DNA from: Mizuhopecten yessoensis | Lineage: Eukaryota | DNA: 64,000 nt | Direction: 5' to 3' | Assembly (NCBI RefSeq): GCF_002113885.1 | Contig: NW_018404352.1 | Location: 763,371-827,370 of the forward strand | In this document: one piece after another, positions 13,403-26,328 of the stretch | Layout: each line of letters opens with the position of its first letter | Position numbering within the stretch: the stretch's first letter is position 1 | Position numbers and translations under genes: made by a program | The notes under the pieces: generated by a model | Told to the model about the DNA's origin: nothing | The model's database searches: none | What the model saw: only the letters and a program-made list of their open reading frames with translations

Positions 13403-16095
13403 GGAATGCTACGAACCTCGTGCAGTACATTGGGGAATGCTACGAACTACGTGTAGAACATTGGGGAATGCTATGAAACCCGTTTAGTACATTTGGGAAT
13501 GCTATGAACCCCGTGTATTACATTGGGGAATGCTATGCACCCCGTGTAGTACATTGGGTAATGCTACGAACCCCGTGTAGTACATTGGGGAATGCTATGA
13601 AACCCGTGTAGTACATTGGGGAATGCTATGAACCCCGTGTATTACATTGGGGAATGCTATGCACCCCGTGTAGTACATTGGGTAATGCTACGAACAACGT
13701 AGTACATTGGTGAATGCTATGCACCCCGTGTAGTACATTGGGGAATGCTATGAAACCCGTGTAGTACATTGGGGAATGCTATGAACCCCGTGTAGTACAT
13801 TGGGGAGTGCTATGAAACTCGTGTTGTACATTGGGGAATGCAATAAAAACCATGTAGTACATTTGGGAATGCTAGGAACCCCGTGTAGTACATTTGGGAA
13901 TGCTATGAAACCCATGTAGTGCATTGGGGAATGTTACGAACCCCGTGTAGTACATTGGGGAATGCTATGAACCCGTGTAGTACATTGGGGAATGCTATTA
14001 AACCCGTGTATTACATAGAGGAATGCTATGAACCCCGTGTAGTACATCTGGGAATGCTATGAACCCGCGTAGTACATTGGGGAATGCTATTAAACCCGTG
14101 TATTACATTGGGGAATGCTATGAAACCCCTGTTGTACATTGGGGAATGCTACGAACCCCGTGTAGTACATATGAGAATACTACGAACCCCGTGTATTACA
14201 TTGGGGAATGCTACGAACCCCTTGTAGTACATTGGGGAATGCTACGAACCCCGTGTAGTACATTGGGTAATGCTACGAACTACGTGTAGTACATTGGGGT
14301 ATGCTTCTTACCTTTGTGTAGTACACTGAATGTAACGAACCCCGTGTAGTACATTGGGGAATGTTACGAACCCCGTGTAGTACATTGGGGAATGCTAGGA
14401 AACCCGTTTAGTACATTGGGGAATGCTATGAACCCCGTGTATTACATTGGGGAATGATACAAACTACGTGTAGTACATTGGGTATTGGTACGAACCCCGT
14501 GTATTACATGGGGGAACACTATGAAACCCGTGTAGTACATCTGGGAATACTATGAACCCCGTGTAGTACATTGGGGAGTGCTATGAAACCCGTGTATTAC
14601 ATTGGGGAATGCTACGAAACCCGTGTATTACATTGGGGAATGATACAAACTACGTGTAGTACATTGGGTAATGGTACGAACCCCGTGTAGTACATTGGGG
14701 AATGCTACGAACTTCCTGTATTACATTTGGTAATGCTACGAACAACGTAGTACATTGGTGAATGCTATGCACCCCGTGTAGTACATTGGGGAATGCTAGG
14801 AAACCCGTTTAGTACATTGGGGAATGCTATGAACCCCGTGTAGTACATTGGGGAGTGCTATGAAACTCGTGTTGTACATTGGGGAATGCAATAAAAACCA
14901 TGTAGTACAATTGGGAATGCTACGAATCCCGTGTAGTACATTTGGGAATGCTATGAAACCCATGTAGTGCATTGGTGAATGCTACGAGCCCCGTGTAGTA
15001 CATTGGGGAATGCTACGAACCCCGTGTAGTACAATGGAGAATGCTACGAACCCTGTGTATTACATTGGGGGATGCTATGAAACCCCTGTAGTACATTTGG
15101 GGATGCTATGCAACCCATGTAGTGCCTTGGTGAATGCTACGAGCCCCGTATAGTACATTGGGGAATGCTAGGAAACCCGTTTAGTACATTGGGGAATGCT
15201 ATGAGCCCCGTGTAGTACATTGGGGAATGCTATTAAACCCGTGTATTACATTGGGGAATGCTATGAAACCCCTGTAGTACATTGGGGAATGCTATGAACC
15301 CCGTGTAGTACATATGAGAATACTACGAACCCCGTGTATTACATTGGGGAATGCTACGAACCCCGTGTAGTACATTGGAGAATGCTACGAACCCCGTATA
15401 GTACATTAGGGAATGCTACGAACCCCTTGTAGTACATTGGGGAATGCTACGAACCCCGTGTTGTACATTGGGTAATGCTACGAACTACGTGTAGTACATT
15501 GGGTAATGGTACGAACCCCGTGTAGTTCATTGCAGAATGCTACGAACCCCGTATAGTACATTGGGTAATAGTACGAACCCAGTGTAGTACATTGGGGAAT
15601 GTAACGAACCCCGTGTAGTACATTGGGCAATGGTACGAACTACGTGTAGTACATTGGGTATTGGTACGAACCCCGTGTATTACATGGGGGAATACTATGA
15701 AACCCGTGTAGTACATCTGGGAATACTATGAACCCCGTGTAGTACATTGGGGAGTGCTATGAAATCCGTGTATTACATTGGGGAATGCTACGAAACCCGT
15801 GTATTACATTGGGGAATGATACAAACTACGTGTAGTACATTGGGTAATGGTACGAACCCGTGTAGTACATTGGGGAATGCTATGAAACCCGTGTATTACA
15901 TTGGGGAATGCTATGAACCCAGTGTATAACATTGGGTAATGTACGAACCCCGTGTATTACATTGGGTAATGCTACGAACTCCGTGTAGTTCATTGGAGAA
16001 TGATACAAACTACGTGTAGTACATTGGGTAATGGTACGAACCCCGTGTAGTACATTGGGGAATGCTACGAACTTCCTGTATTACATTTGGTAATG
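13403..16095. repeat. 30-31-bp minisatellite (gtagtacattggggaatgctacgaaccccgt)n
   Basis: ~85-90 contiguous units running into the N gap; resumes at 16521-16690. Confidence 0.97.
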
Positions 16096-16301
16096 NNNNN
16101 NNNNNNNNNNNNNNNNNNNNNNNNNNNNNNNNNNNNNNNNNNNNNNNNNNNNNNNNNNNNNNNNNNNNNNNNNNNNNNNNNNNNNNNNNNNNNNNNNNNN
16201 NNNNNNNNNNNNNNNNNNNNNNNNNNNNNNNNNNNNNNNNNNNNNNNNNNNNNNNNNNNNNNNNNNNNNNNNNNNNNNNNNNNNNNNNNNNNNNNNNNNN
16301 N
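16096..16301. other. Assembly gap (206 N)
   Basis: Run of N. Confidence 1.
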
Positions 16302-16520
16302 CCCCCCTCTCACTCTCTCTCACTCTCTCTCTCTCTCTCTCTGTCAGTCTGTCAGTAACACTAAACTTAATTGAAAATATTAATTAATTTAAAAATTGCC
16401 ATCTTGTATATATATATATCATTATGTTATAGGGAAAGGGCTTTACATAAGTTGGACAACTTGTGCCCGATCCCTTTTGTATATTAGATGCAAATAAAAA
16501 TATGTTTAAATAAAAAAAAA
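16302..16520 (+). mobile_element. 3' tail of a CR1-like LINE inserted in the minisatellite
   Basis: (CT)n, then stem-loop aaaggg...aagttggacaactt...cccttt, aataaa and an A-tail, immediately followed by resumed minisatellite. Confidence 0.55.
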
Positions 16521-16690
16521 ACGTGTATTACATTGGGTAATGGTACGAACCCCGTGTAGTACATTGGGTAATGCTACGAACTACGTGTAGTACATTGGGT
16601 ATTGGTACGAACCCATTGTAGTACATTAGGTAATGCTACGAACTACGTGTAGTACATTGGGGAATGCTTCTTACCTTTGTGTAGTACACT
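16521..16690. repeat. Remainder of the 30-bp minisatellite
   Basis: ~5 further units. Confidence 0.9.
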
Positions 16691-17866
16691 GTAAATGATA
16701 CTCAATTGTTATAATTATACTCAACTGGATTTGTACTATATTCTGTGCTATTTTGCCTACTTCTTAATACTTTTGTCGTAAAAATTAAGTTCACACTCCG
16801 TGCTATCATATGTTAAAAAGTTATGTATCGAACATGCGAGAGCTATGCGTTCTTAACCCGCGATCCGTATACTTGTGTATTACACTACACATTGCGGGCT
16901 GTAGGGTTTGGGTATATATTCCCCTTTCCTAGTTTAGATTTTAAGATCCAAAATATCAAATAATTTGACCTTTTTTATATACTTGTGCTGCTGATAAGGG
17001 AAACAATGGTTACAACAAATCTAATATTGTATTGGCTTATTATAACTTTACATGTCTTGAACATACCTTCACTTTTTTCACCTTGGTAATCTCTTTACAA
17101 ACATCACTATGTATTTGTGCTATCACGAGCCCGGGCGCACGCTACCGTGACATACAAGTGTCTGTAGCTCCCACGGGCTATTCCATTTTAAGAGTGTCAC
17201 TTTCATCTACTATTGTGTGTGTGTGTTTTTTTACAGCATTGTGACCATTCTGGCTGCTAGTTGTAATGCGTTTCACTCATAGAATATCATTATAAAGTAT
17301 ATCTATTACAAACTGATGTCGCTGGTCTTACTGTACACGAATAAGCGCGATAGCCTGTCTCCCCTCGTTATTTCGCGATCCATAAGTTTAGTACTGCGCA
17401 TTCGCGCGGGCCACGGGTGGTAATCTGTTTAAAACACGTGCACTACGCTGTCATCGGCATATTGACCATATTCATCCCTACTGCTGCTAGATACAATGTG
17501 CTCCGCTTACAGGAGAATATTTTTATGTTGTATGAATAACTATGTGTTTTTGTATGTACATGGTACATGTATTTATGAGCGTAGCTTGCCTCCCCTCGTT
17601 GTCATATAGACTATTCCTCACACTGACCCGAGCACAAACGTTATAATATGAACTTTGACCTCATATATTACCTCGCTGTTATCCAACTTGTACATGTTTA
17701 TTTTTCTACTCTCTTTACTTCTTCTATTCTTTCTAAACCCTACCCCTCCCCGTCCCTGATCCTACAATTTACATGATACTAGCGTTGTCCAAATTATACC
17801 CTCCGTATTCTGTCCGAGCACACCACTGTTTTACACTTCTGTACACCAGTATACTGATGTGACATA

Positions 17867-19842
17867 ATGCCAATCGCATTACCGTTACACCGTGCTCGGA
17901 TAGGATGTTCTGCAATATCTTTTAAAGTTAATACCAGCTCATGTGGCTGTCTGGGATTTAGTGATAGAACTCACTGTTTTTTGCATTTTTTTCTTCCGTG
18001 TGTAATTCACTTGCTACGTATTATATCTGGTAATGTTGAGATAAATCCAGGTCCTTTGAAGATCTCCGACTCTGACTTCGATATTTCCTCCGAATTTTCC
18101 TACCTTTCTAGTAATGCAAGCGACTATTATGACAATACCAAGTATTCGTTTGTACATTTAAATGTCCAAAGTCTACGGAATAAGATGGACATATTATTTA
18201 CCCGACTACATAATGTTTGTGTACTAGATGTATTATTCATTGAAACTTAGCTCTCTGTTAATGACAACTTAGCAGATTTGACCGTTCCCGGTTATTGCGA
18301 CCCTTATTGTCATATTACATCAGATCGTGTACTGTGTACGTTAAAAAACGACATACCCGCTAAGCGTCGCCCAGACTTAGAGCTGCCGACTGTTGAATGC
18401 GTCTGGGTTGAATTGAATTAAGCAGGTACCTTTGTACTGTATGGCACTATTTACAGGCCTCCTAATTCTCCAGTCTCTCAATGGGACCACATTTCACAAT
18501 CATTAGAACTTGCTTTTAATACTGAGTGTGACAATAGTGTTCTTACCGGTGACTTGAACGCTAATTATTTAACTAATAACCAATCCGTTTTACATTTACA
18601 TGAACTGCTACAGGTATTTAATTTATCTCAAATGATATCGTCTCCTACATTTTATACTGAAATTACTCTACCGTTGATGATACTCATGCGGAACTCCCAC
18701 CTACTACATGTAACAACAACGAACATCTACGTACTCGTATATATATTGATAGGAACGACATTATATCAGTTTTATCTAATCTAGATTGCTCTAAGGCAGT
18801 TGGACCTGACCTTATAAATCCAAGACTCCTGAAGGAAGCAGCAGTAATTAGTTACCCTCTGCAAATAATCTTTAACAATTCTTTAACCTCTTCATTTTTT
18901 CCTAGTAACTGGAAATTTGCTAACGTTGCCCCAGTGTTCAAAAAAGAAAACTCTTCTCTTCTCAACAACTATCGACCTTTATCATCAATATCTATAGTGG
19001 ACAAGGTGATGGTAAAATGTGTATATAAATATCTGGACAAATTTATTATCACCTTCTCGATCTGGAATCAGGGCAGGTGGCTCTACAACTAATCAATTAC
19101 TCGCCATTACTTACGATATATACTCGGCGCTAGATAATGTTCTAAGACATTTTAAATTTTAAATGGTTTTTTTATTTGTCAGACCTATACTTGAGTATGG
19201 TGATATCGTCTCGAATAACTTAACTATCCAACAGTCTCAATCCTTTGAGAATATTCAGCTTGAAGCTGCAAGAATTACAACGGGTGGTACTAAACTAACA
19301 AGTCATGCTAAGCTTTATGAGGAAACTGGTAGGGACAGTCTACAATACCGCCGCATCGTTAAGAAAATAGTTCAAATACATAAAATGATATTTGGCCTTA
19401 CTCCCCCGTACCTTTCACATCTACTCCGCGCGATCCCTCAACGCAGAATCGACGCTTACCAATATAGCACACGTGTTGCTGATAACTTAAGCAATGCATT
19501 TTGCAAAACTAACGTCTACAAGAAATCGTTTCTTCCTTCTTCGATTGACCTGTGGAATTCACTACCCCCAGATATTAAAAAATAACCCCTCAATAAGTAA
19601 TCTGCAAAACTACCTACACAGACACCCCCTTGCAGTCCCCCACCCCCACNTCGATAGTCCTTATTGCTCATGTAGACAGGCACATGAAACTATTGACCAC
19701 TTTCTAGTGTCTTGTCCTAATTATACAAATATAGGAATGAATGCTTTATAAAATTACCTGAAAATTACACTCTTCTACATGCTTCTGTACGGAGATCCAA
19801 ATGTATCTATTGATGAGAACGAAAGCGTTTTCCGTTGTATCC

Positions 19843-19889
<47 letters not shown>

Positions 19890-20036
19890 TTGTCCTTTAT
19901 TACATATATTATTCTTACGATGCTGTTTAGCTTTGTAGTGCTGTCATCCGTTTGTCAGTGACTAAGGAGACAGATTTTAATTACTTTTTTCTGAATCCTG
20001 TACTTATGTATTGTATGTATGACATGAAAAAAAAAA
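17867..20036 (+). mobile_element. Degenerate, internally deleted CR1/L2-group LINE (APE + partial RT)
   Basis: GNVEINPGP; APE motifs HLNVQSL, FIET, GTIYRPPN, TGDLN; RT N-terminus KAVGPDLI..WKFANVAPVFKK..NYRP; C-terminus FVRPILEYGD..IQLEAARITTG; stops and frameshifts; RT core missing; (TC)n and A-tail. Confidence 0.9.
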
Positions 20037-20248
20037 TGAAACTGGATTTTTATACATTGGAATGATATTCACCTGAAGATGTCGCTACTGAATGCTACCT
20101 CATTTATCCTGAAATTAAACGTAATAAACACTGCTCACCTTTAGGTTTGCTCAGTAGAATGTAACTCCCCTTGATTTGAGCACTGTATAACGATACTCAC
20201 ATTATGTTGTAAACTACGAAAAACTACTCACGTAAAGTTGCTCACTGC

Positions 20249-21309
20249 TTATTAGTCCCCTACCGGTGTCTGCGTCCGTCCGTCCGTCGTCAAAATCTGC
20301 AGGTTAAAGTTTGGGCTTAAGTTTTGTAATGGCTTACCATTCGCCTAACAATGATGTTAGGATGCTGATTCTTGCATAGAGGTTCTTTAGGGGTCTAGCA
20401 TCCATGCTGTGGATTAAAAATGGAAAATATTTTACTTTGTTGGGGGGAATTTTCGACATGTTTTGGACTTAATAACTATCCTGGCCAAAATCTTCAGGTT
20501 AAAGTTTGGGTTAAAGTTTTGTAATGGCTTACCATTCGCCTAACAATGATGTTAGGATGCTGATTCTTAGCATAGAGGTTCTTTAGGGGTCTAGCATTAA
20601 TGCTGTGGATTAAAAATGGAAAATCAATTTAATTTGTGAGGGATTTTTTTACATCTTTTGGACTTAACTATCCTGGCCAAAATCTTCAGGTTAAAGTTTG
20701 GGTTAAAGTTTTGTAATGGCTTACCATTCACTTAATAATGATGCTAGGATGTTAATTCTTAGCATAGAGGTTCTTTAGGGGTCTATCTTTAATGCTGTTG
20801 ATTGAAAATGGAAAATAATTTTATTTTTGGGGGAATTTTTGACATGTTTTGGACTTAACTATCCTGGCCAAAATCTTGAGTTAAAGTTTGGGTTAAAGTT
20901 TTGTAATGGCTTACCATTCACTTAATAATGATGTTAGGATGTTAATTCTTAGCATAGAGGTTCTTTAGGGGTCTATCTTTAATGCTGTTGATTGAAAATG
21001 AAAATAATGTTATTTTTTGTGGGAATATTTGACATGTTTTGGACTTAACTATCTTGGCCAACACCTGCAGGTTAAAGTTTGGGTTAAAGTTTTGTAATGG
21101 CTCACCGTTCTCTTTATAATATTGTTAGGATGCTGATTTTATGGACAGAGGTTCTTTAGGGGTCTAGCATTAATGTTGTTTAGTGAAAGTGAATAAATAA
21201 TTCTTGTTTTTAATTTTTGACATGATTTGGACTTAACTATCTTGGCCAAAATCTGAAGGTTAAAGTTTGGGGGGCATGTATTGATTCATCAATACCCACA
21301 GAATGCTTG
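20249..21309. mobile_element. HINE-like element with ~191-bp tandem repeats
   Basis: ttattagtcccctaccgg start, (gtcc)n microsatellite, ~5 units beginning ggttaaagtttggg, terminal hairpin gtattgattcatcaatac. Confidence 0.7.
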
Positions 21310-21312
21310 CTA

Positions 21313-21536
21313 ATTGAGTCGTACACTGTGAAATAATGTGTATATTGAGTCGTACACTGTGAAATAATATTTATATTGAGTCGTACGCGATGGAATTATA
21401 TTTATATTTTACAACGTGGAATACTATTTATTTATATATATTTTGAGTCGCACACTGTGGCATGAAATTTATTTCGAGTCGTACAATGTGGAATGTTATT
21501 TATGTTCAGTCCGTTACTGTAGAATGCGATTTATAT
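21313..21536. repeat. Degenerate ~31-38-bp tandem repeat (ttgagtcgtacactgtg...)
   Basis: About 6 imperfect units. Confidence 0.7.
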
Positions 21537-21539
21537 TAA

Positions 21540-21945
21540 TAATAATAATGATATACAGCATTTGATATGGCGCCCTTTCTAGCTAAACTAAGTCACTCTT
21601 ACATATATATATACAAATTATACAATCAATACAATTAGCATAGATACATAATCAATACAATTTTGAGGAATATGCAGGAGCTGCCTTGTCAGGCGCTAAC
21701 TACTAGTCCTATGCCACCTGGCTAATATCTCCCTATGTGTGTATGCCTGCGTATGCTTCCAACTGTATCATTTATAGTGCCACCTCACTTGAATGCAACA
21801 GCACAGATACTGCAAAATCCACCCCAGACCATTTTATACTCCACCTGGGTTGTTTGAGTTGTGTGGGCAGGAGAAAAACACTTTCTCTGAAAATTCCATG
21901 CGTACAACGACTTTGTTAACCACTTGATCAATCCACCCATATTGA
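21540..21945 (-). mobile_element. Possible old SINE (Deu/Nin-like core)
   Basis: (aat)n tail with atttgatatggcgccc and a ccattttatactccacctggg core resembling a reverse-oriented SINE. Confidence 0.35.
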
Positions 21946-24271
21946 GCCGTACACTGAAGAATACAACTCGCACGATTGTGTACGCTATAAAAGGTTACTA
22001 TCACACATTGTATATTGATATCAAACTATGGCCAGACGCATTCTCGTATGGCGTGAGTTTTAATAGTTTTCTAAATCGATATTGTATTTATCAAAAGACA
22101 GTTCTAACAGTTGATAAATAATGTAGTGAGACATCCATCACGTGCAATCTGTAATTACATACATGTCAAAATTGATAGCTTTAAGAGGGAGTATATATAT
22201 ATATAAATGTACTCTTTGAAACTCAATGAGTCTCGGGAATGCACACTACAAAAACACCCGTTGTTTTAACACCATGATGTAAAACTTTCGTAAACTATTG
22301 ATTCTGATATGGTGCTTAACATAACCACCTTTTAGAAGTTTTAGGTTCCTTGCTATAGTCACATAATTATGTTCAATATGTGAATATGTAATTTCTTGCA
22401 GCAGGATAAATCTATACTTTTGTATGCCAATATTTGGCATACAGAAGTATGTCAAACGTTGTCATATATTTCCCAAAACAAAACAAAAAAACGAAATTGA
22501 AAAGTAGCAACAAAAGCGTTTATTGTTTTTAAAAGCATGCACATAAAAAGTTATTTGGTCACCAGGACCGACAGTCTTTACCTTTCTTAAATGTCGGCTT
22601 AAAGTTTAGATATATAAAAGGAATTTTATTCAGCTGTTCATATTTTTACAAATGTAGAATTTTCTATTTATAAAAAAAATATACTTTAATTTATCTTTCA
22701 GTAAACAAAATATTGTATAGTGCGTGACCAATTCGCACAAAGTAAACTAATAATGCATGTATTGTGTAACGTGTTATAGACACTAACATGCATATATCGA
22801 GATGCTACAGGGGACATAACTCGTATTGTTCGGTTACATTACACTTTTCATTATATGTTTTGTCAAAATAAAAGCCATGAACGTAAACCTTAAGTTATTC
22901 TGCCGCTATTCAAAAACTATGTGATTTAATTATTTGCATCGGATGTCATTTTACTCTCACACAAGCAAAATTTCCCTTTATACACAATGTACTATAAGAC
23001 GTGTCGTAACGTTTGTATACAAAGTAAAACTTTGATATTACATATTTTCAGTTCAAAACTGATGAATCTTATTGAAGATATATGATAATGTATATTGTAG
23101 ATATTTCGCTACTCTTGAGCGTGTTCCAAATATCCAAACTGTCGAGATAGATGTTCTACTACACGTTTAATGTTAAATAGAGCGGGCATAGTGTAGCTGT
23201 GAGTAATACCTAAAATACTAATATATAGGAAGCGTATATATATATTTTGATTTGTTTTATAAGGCGATGCAGGAAGCCAACAAAGTGATCATTAGCTTCA
23301 TCATATGGATATTTCGTAAGTAACGAACTCATCCGGGGTACTAAAGGATGAAAGATAAAACAAGTTAATGTCTAAACTGTTCCAAAATATGTATCAAACA
23401 GCAAAAGCGTAAACTTGCCAATAAACCATTTACAAAATTACAAACTCCACTTTTTGTTATGAATCAATGGCATTTACAGCGCTATAAAATTCACAATTGT
23501 TAAGGCAGATATTGCTAAAACGTAATGTAGATGTGTGTTCTTCTATTTACTGCATACAGTAAATCTTTTTGTGTTATCTACTTTACACACTTATATTTTA
23601 CCATAAATAGCTGTTTCATTTTAAGACACATATTGGAATTTGCGCAGTGTCCATTTCGCTTTTCGAGGCCCTATTAAATATCGCGTTTTTGGATTCTGTA
23701 AGAATGTATTGCAACTTTACAAGAAATGTGATACTGACATTTCTTTCTTCCTCATGAAAAAAAGTCACAAAAATAAAAGTATTATAACCTGTCTTTCATA
23801 CAGTATTGATAAGTTCAATATGATATTAAATGTAACAGTTATGAACGATATGTCGCAGATACGGAAAAACTGAATAGAGTTGAAGAGGAAAACAAAATGC
23901 CTGCGACAAATCTATTTTATACTGCATTTTCAAAACAAAAAAATCAGTAATATATACAACATTATACATGCATCACAAATAACTCTTTCTTATTTATCAC
24001 GCGAACAGATTTTTTTTAATTATTATTTTACCGATGTCAATTTTATTTCGTCCACCAAACGCCCCCTTTTAACAGTATTTTTTTTTCATGAATGATATTC
24101 TGCTTAAACTGACCATAATCTTCAAAATTCTGATAGATCGATTGTTATCAAATGACTGTACAGCGTTTTAACTCTTAATTTTTGTTCATTAGTTTAAGTA
24201 GACTTTGTGGATGATATCTTAAGAACTTAAATTTGAATACGTGACCTGAGTTACAGTTTTATCTTTTCTCT

Positions 24272-25519
24272 CATTAACACAGTCATACATTAATGCAGTC
24301 ATACACTAACACAGTCATACACTAGCACAGTCATACATTAACACAGTCATACATTAATACAGTCATACATTAATACAGTCATACACTAGCACAGTTATAC
24401 ATTAACACAGTCATACATTAATACAGTCCATACATTTATGCAGTCATACATTAATACAGTCATACATTAACACAGTCATACATTAACACAGTCATACATT
24501 TATGCAGTCATACATCAATACAGTCATACACTAGCACCGTTATACATTAACACAGTCATACATTTATGCAGTCATACATTAATACAGTCGTACATTAATA
24601 CAGTCATACACCAGCACAGTTATACATTAACACCGTCATACATTAATACAGTCATCCATTAACACAGTCATACATTAATACAGTCCTACATTAATACAGT
24701 CCATACATTAACACAGTCATACACTAGCACAGTCATCCATTAACACAGTCATACATTAATCCAGTCCATACATTTATGCAGTCATACATTAAGACAGTCA
24801 TACATTAACACAGTTATACATTAATACAGTCATACATTAACGCGGTCATACATTAACACAGTCATACACTAGGACAGTCATACATTAACACAGTCATACA
24901 ATAGCACAGTCATACATTAACACCGTCATACATTAATACAGTCCATACATTAACACAGTCATACATTAATGCAGTCATACATTAACACAGTCATACATTA
25001 ATGCAGTCATACATTAATACAGTCATACATTAACGCAGTCATACATTAACACAGTCATACACTAGCACAGTCATACATTAATACAGTCCTACATTAATAC
25101 AGTCCATACATTAATACAGTCATACACTAGCACAGTGACTGTGCTAGTGTATGACTGTATTAATGTATGACTGCATTAACACAGTCATACATTAATACAG
25201 TCATACATTAATACAGTCATACACCAGCACAGTTATACATTAACACAGTCATACATTAACACAGTCATACATTAATACAGTCATGCACTAGCACAGTCAT
25301 ACATTAACACAGTCATACATTAATGCAGTCATACATTAATAAGTCATACACTAGCACAGTCATACATTAACGCAGTCATACATTAACACAGTCATACACT
25401 AACACAGTCATACATTAACACAGTCATGCACTAATACAGTCATACACTAGCACAGTCATACACTAACACAGTCATACACTAACACAGTCATACACTAACA
25501 CAGTCATACATTAATGCAG
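24272..25519. repeat. 16-bp minisatellite (cattaacacagtcata)n
   Basis: ~75-80 units with a short inverted patch at 25138-25175. Confidence 0.97.
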
Positions 25520-25618
25520 GTTAAAAAAGTTGTCGGCAATATCAACATTTTGAAATCGTTATTTGTTCAAAAACGATAACTTCAATTATAATTGATGTAA
25601 TTTCATCAGCTACAATCA

Positions 25619-25809
25619 TATTCCGTCTTTTCGTATTGCAGAGTTATCTGCTCTTGATAACAGGTATTGGTTGTTACGTCATTTGTTTATGAGAGTAACG
25701 TCATCATTGTTTTGAGAAAACGACGTAATTTCCTCACACTAACTAATGACGTAACAATCAATCCCTACTCACAAGAGCAGATAACTCTGCAATACGAAAA
25801 GACGGAATA
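25619..25809. mobile_element. ~190-bp foldback MITE, copy 1
   Basis: Long TIRs tattccgtcttttcgtattgcagagttatctgctcttg / caagagcagataactctgcaatacgaaaagacggaata. Confidence 0.85.
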
Positions 25810-26062
25810 AATAAACAAAGGAGTAAACGGTAAAATTATCCAAATTCGTTAACTCAAAAAACATCTGTTTAAATGTGAACATCTGTGAGAGAACTATGTT
25901 TTCACACGAGGCATCCTAAAGAGGAGGTGTTTTTTCATTAGAAAATAACGAAGACAAATACTTATGTGTTGTATAATCAGTTATCGATTAAGAGATTTTC
26001 TTGTATCTAATCTGTTGCGATATCAAACACATCTCAATATTTTAAAGGGACGATATAAACGA

Positions 26063-26328
26063 TCAAACAACGATATTCATTAAGGTCATATATAATGTAA
26101 CACCAATGCCTGATACAGTCGAGTATATCCCAAATATCAATAGACAGTAACATATCGTGAGAGTAGCAAATCTCTGTACTGTTCCTAATAACGTAGTGGG
26201 TTTCATCTCGTCATATAAAAGCATGATTTTGACACTTGCGGGAACGATTATTGTCCCGATGTACGTCCAGAGACAGCCTGTGAATGACATCAACAACTCA
26301 AATTCCGGAACCAACAGGGTGAAGGTGC
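26063..26328 (-). CDS. SLC36-like paralog 2 last exon
   Basis: 266 nt after ttgtttgcag; TFTLLVPEFELLMSFTG...LMNIVV*. Confidence 0.9.

Noticed and set aside
13403-16095. Regular ~30-bp repeats as a CRISPR array, and ORFs within them
   Set aside because: Units are contiguous with no unique spacers, there are no cas genes, and the context is eukaryotic
16062-16374. ORFs spanning the N run
   Set aside because: Gap artefacts
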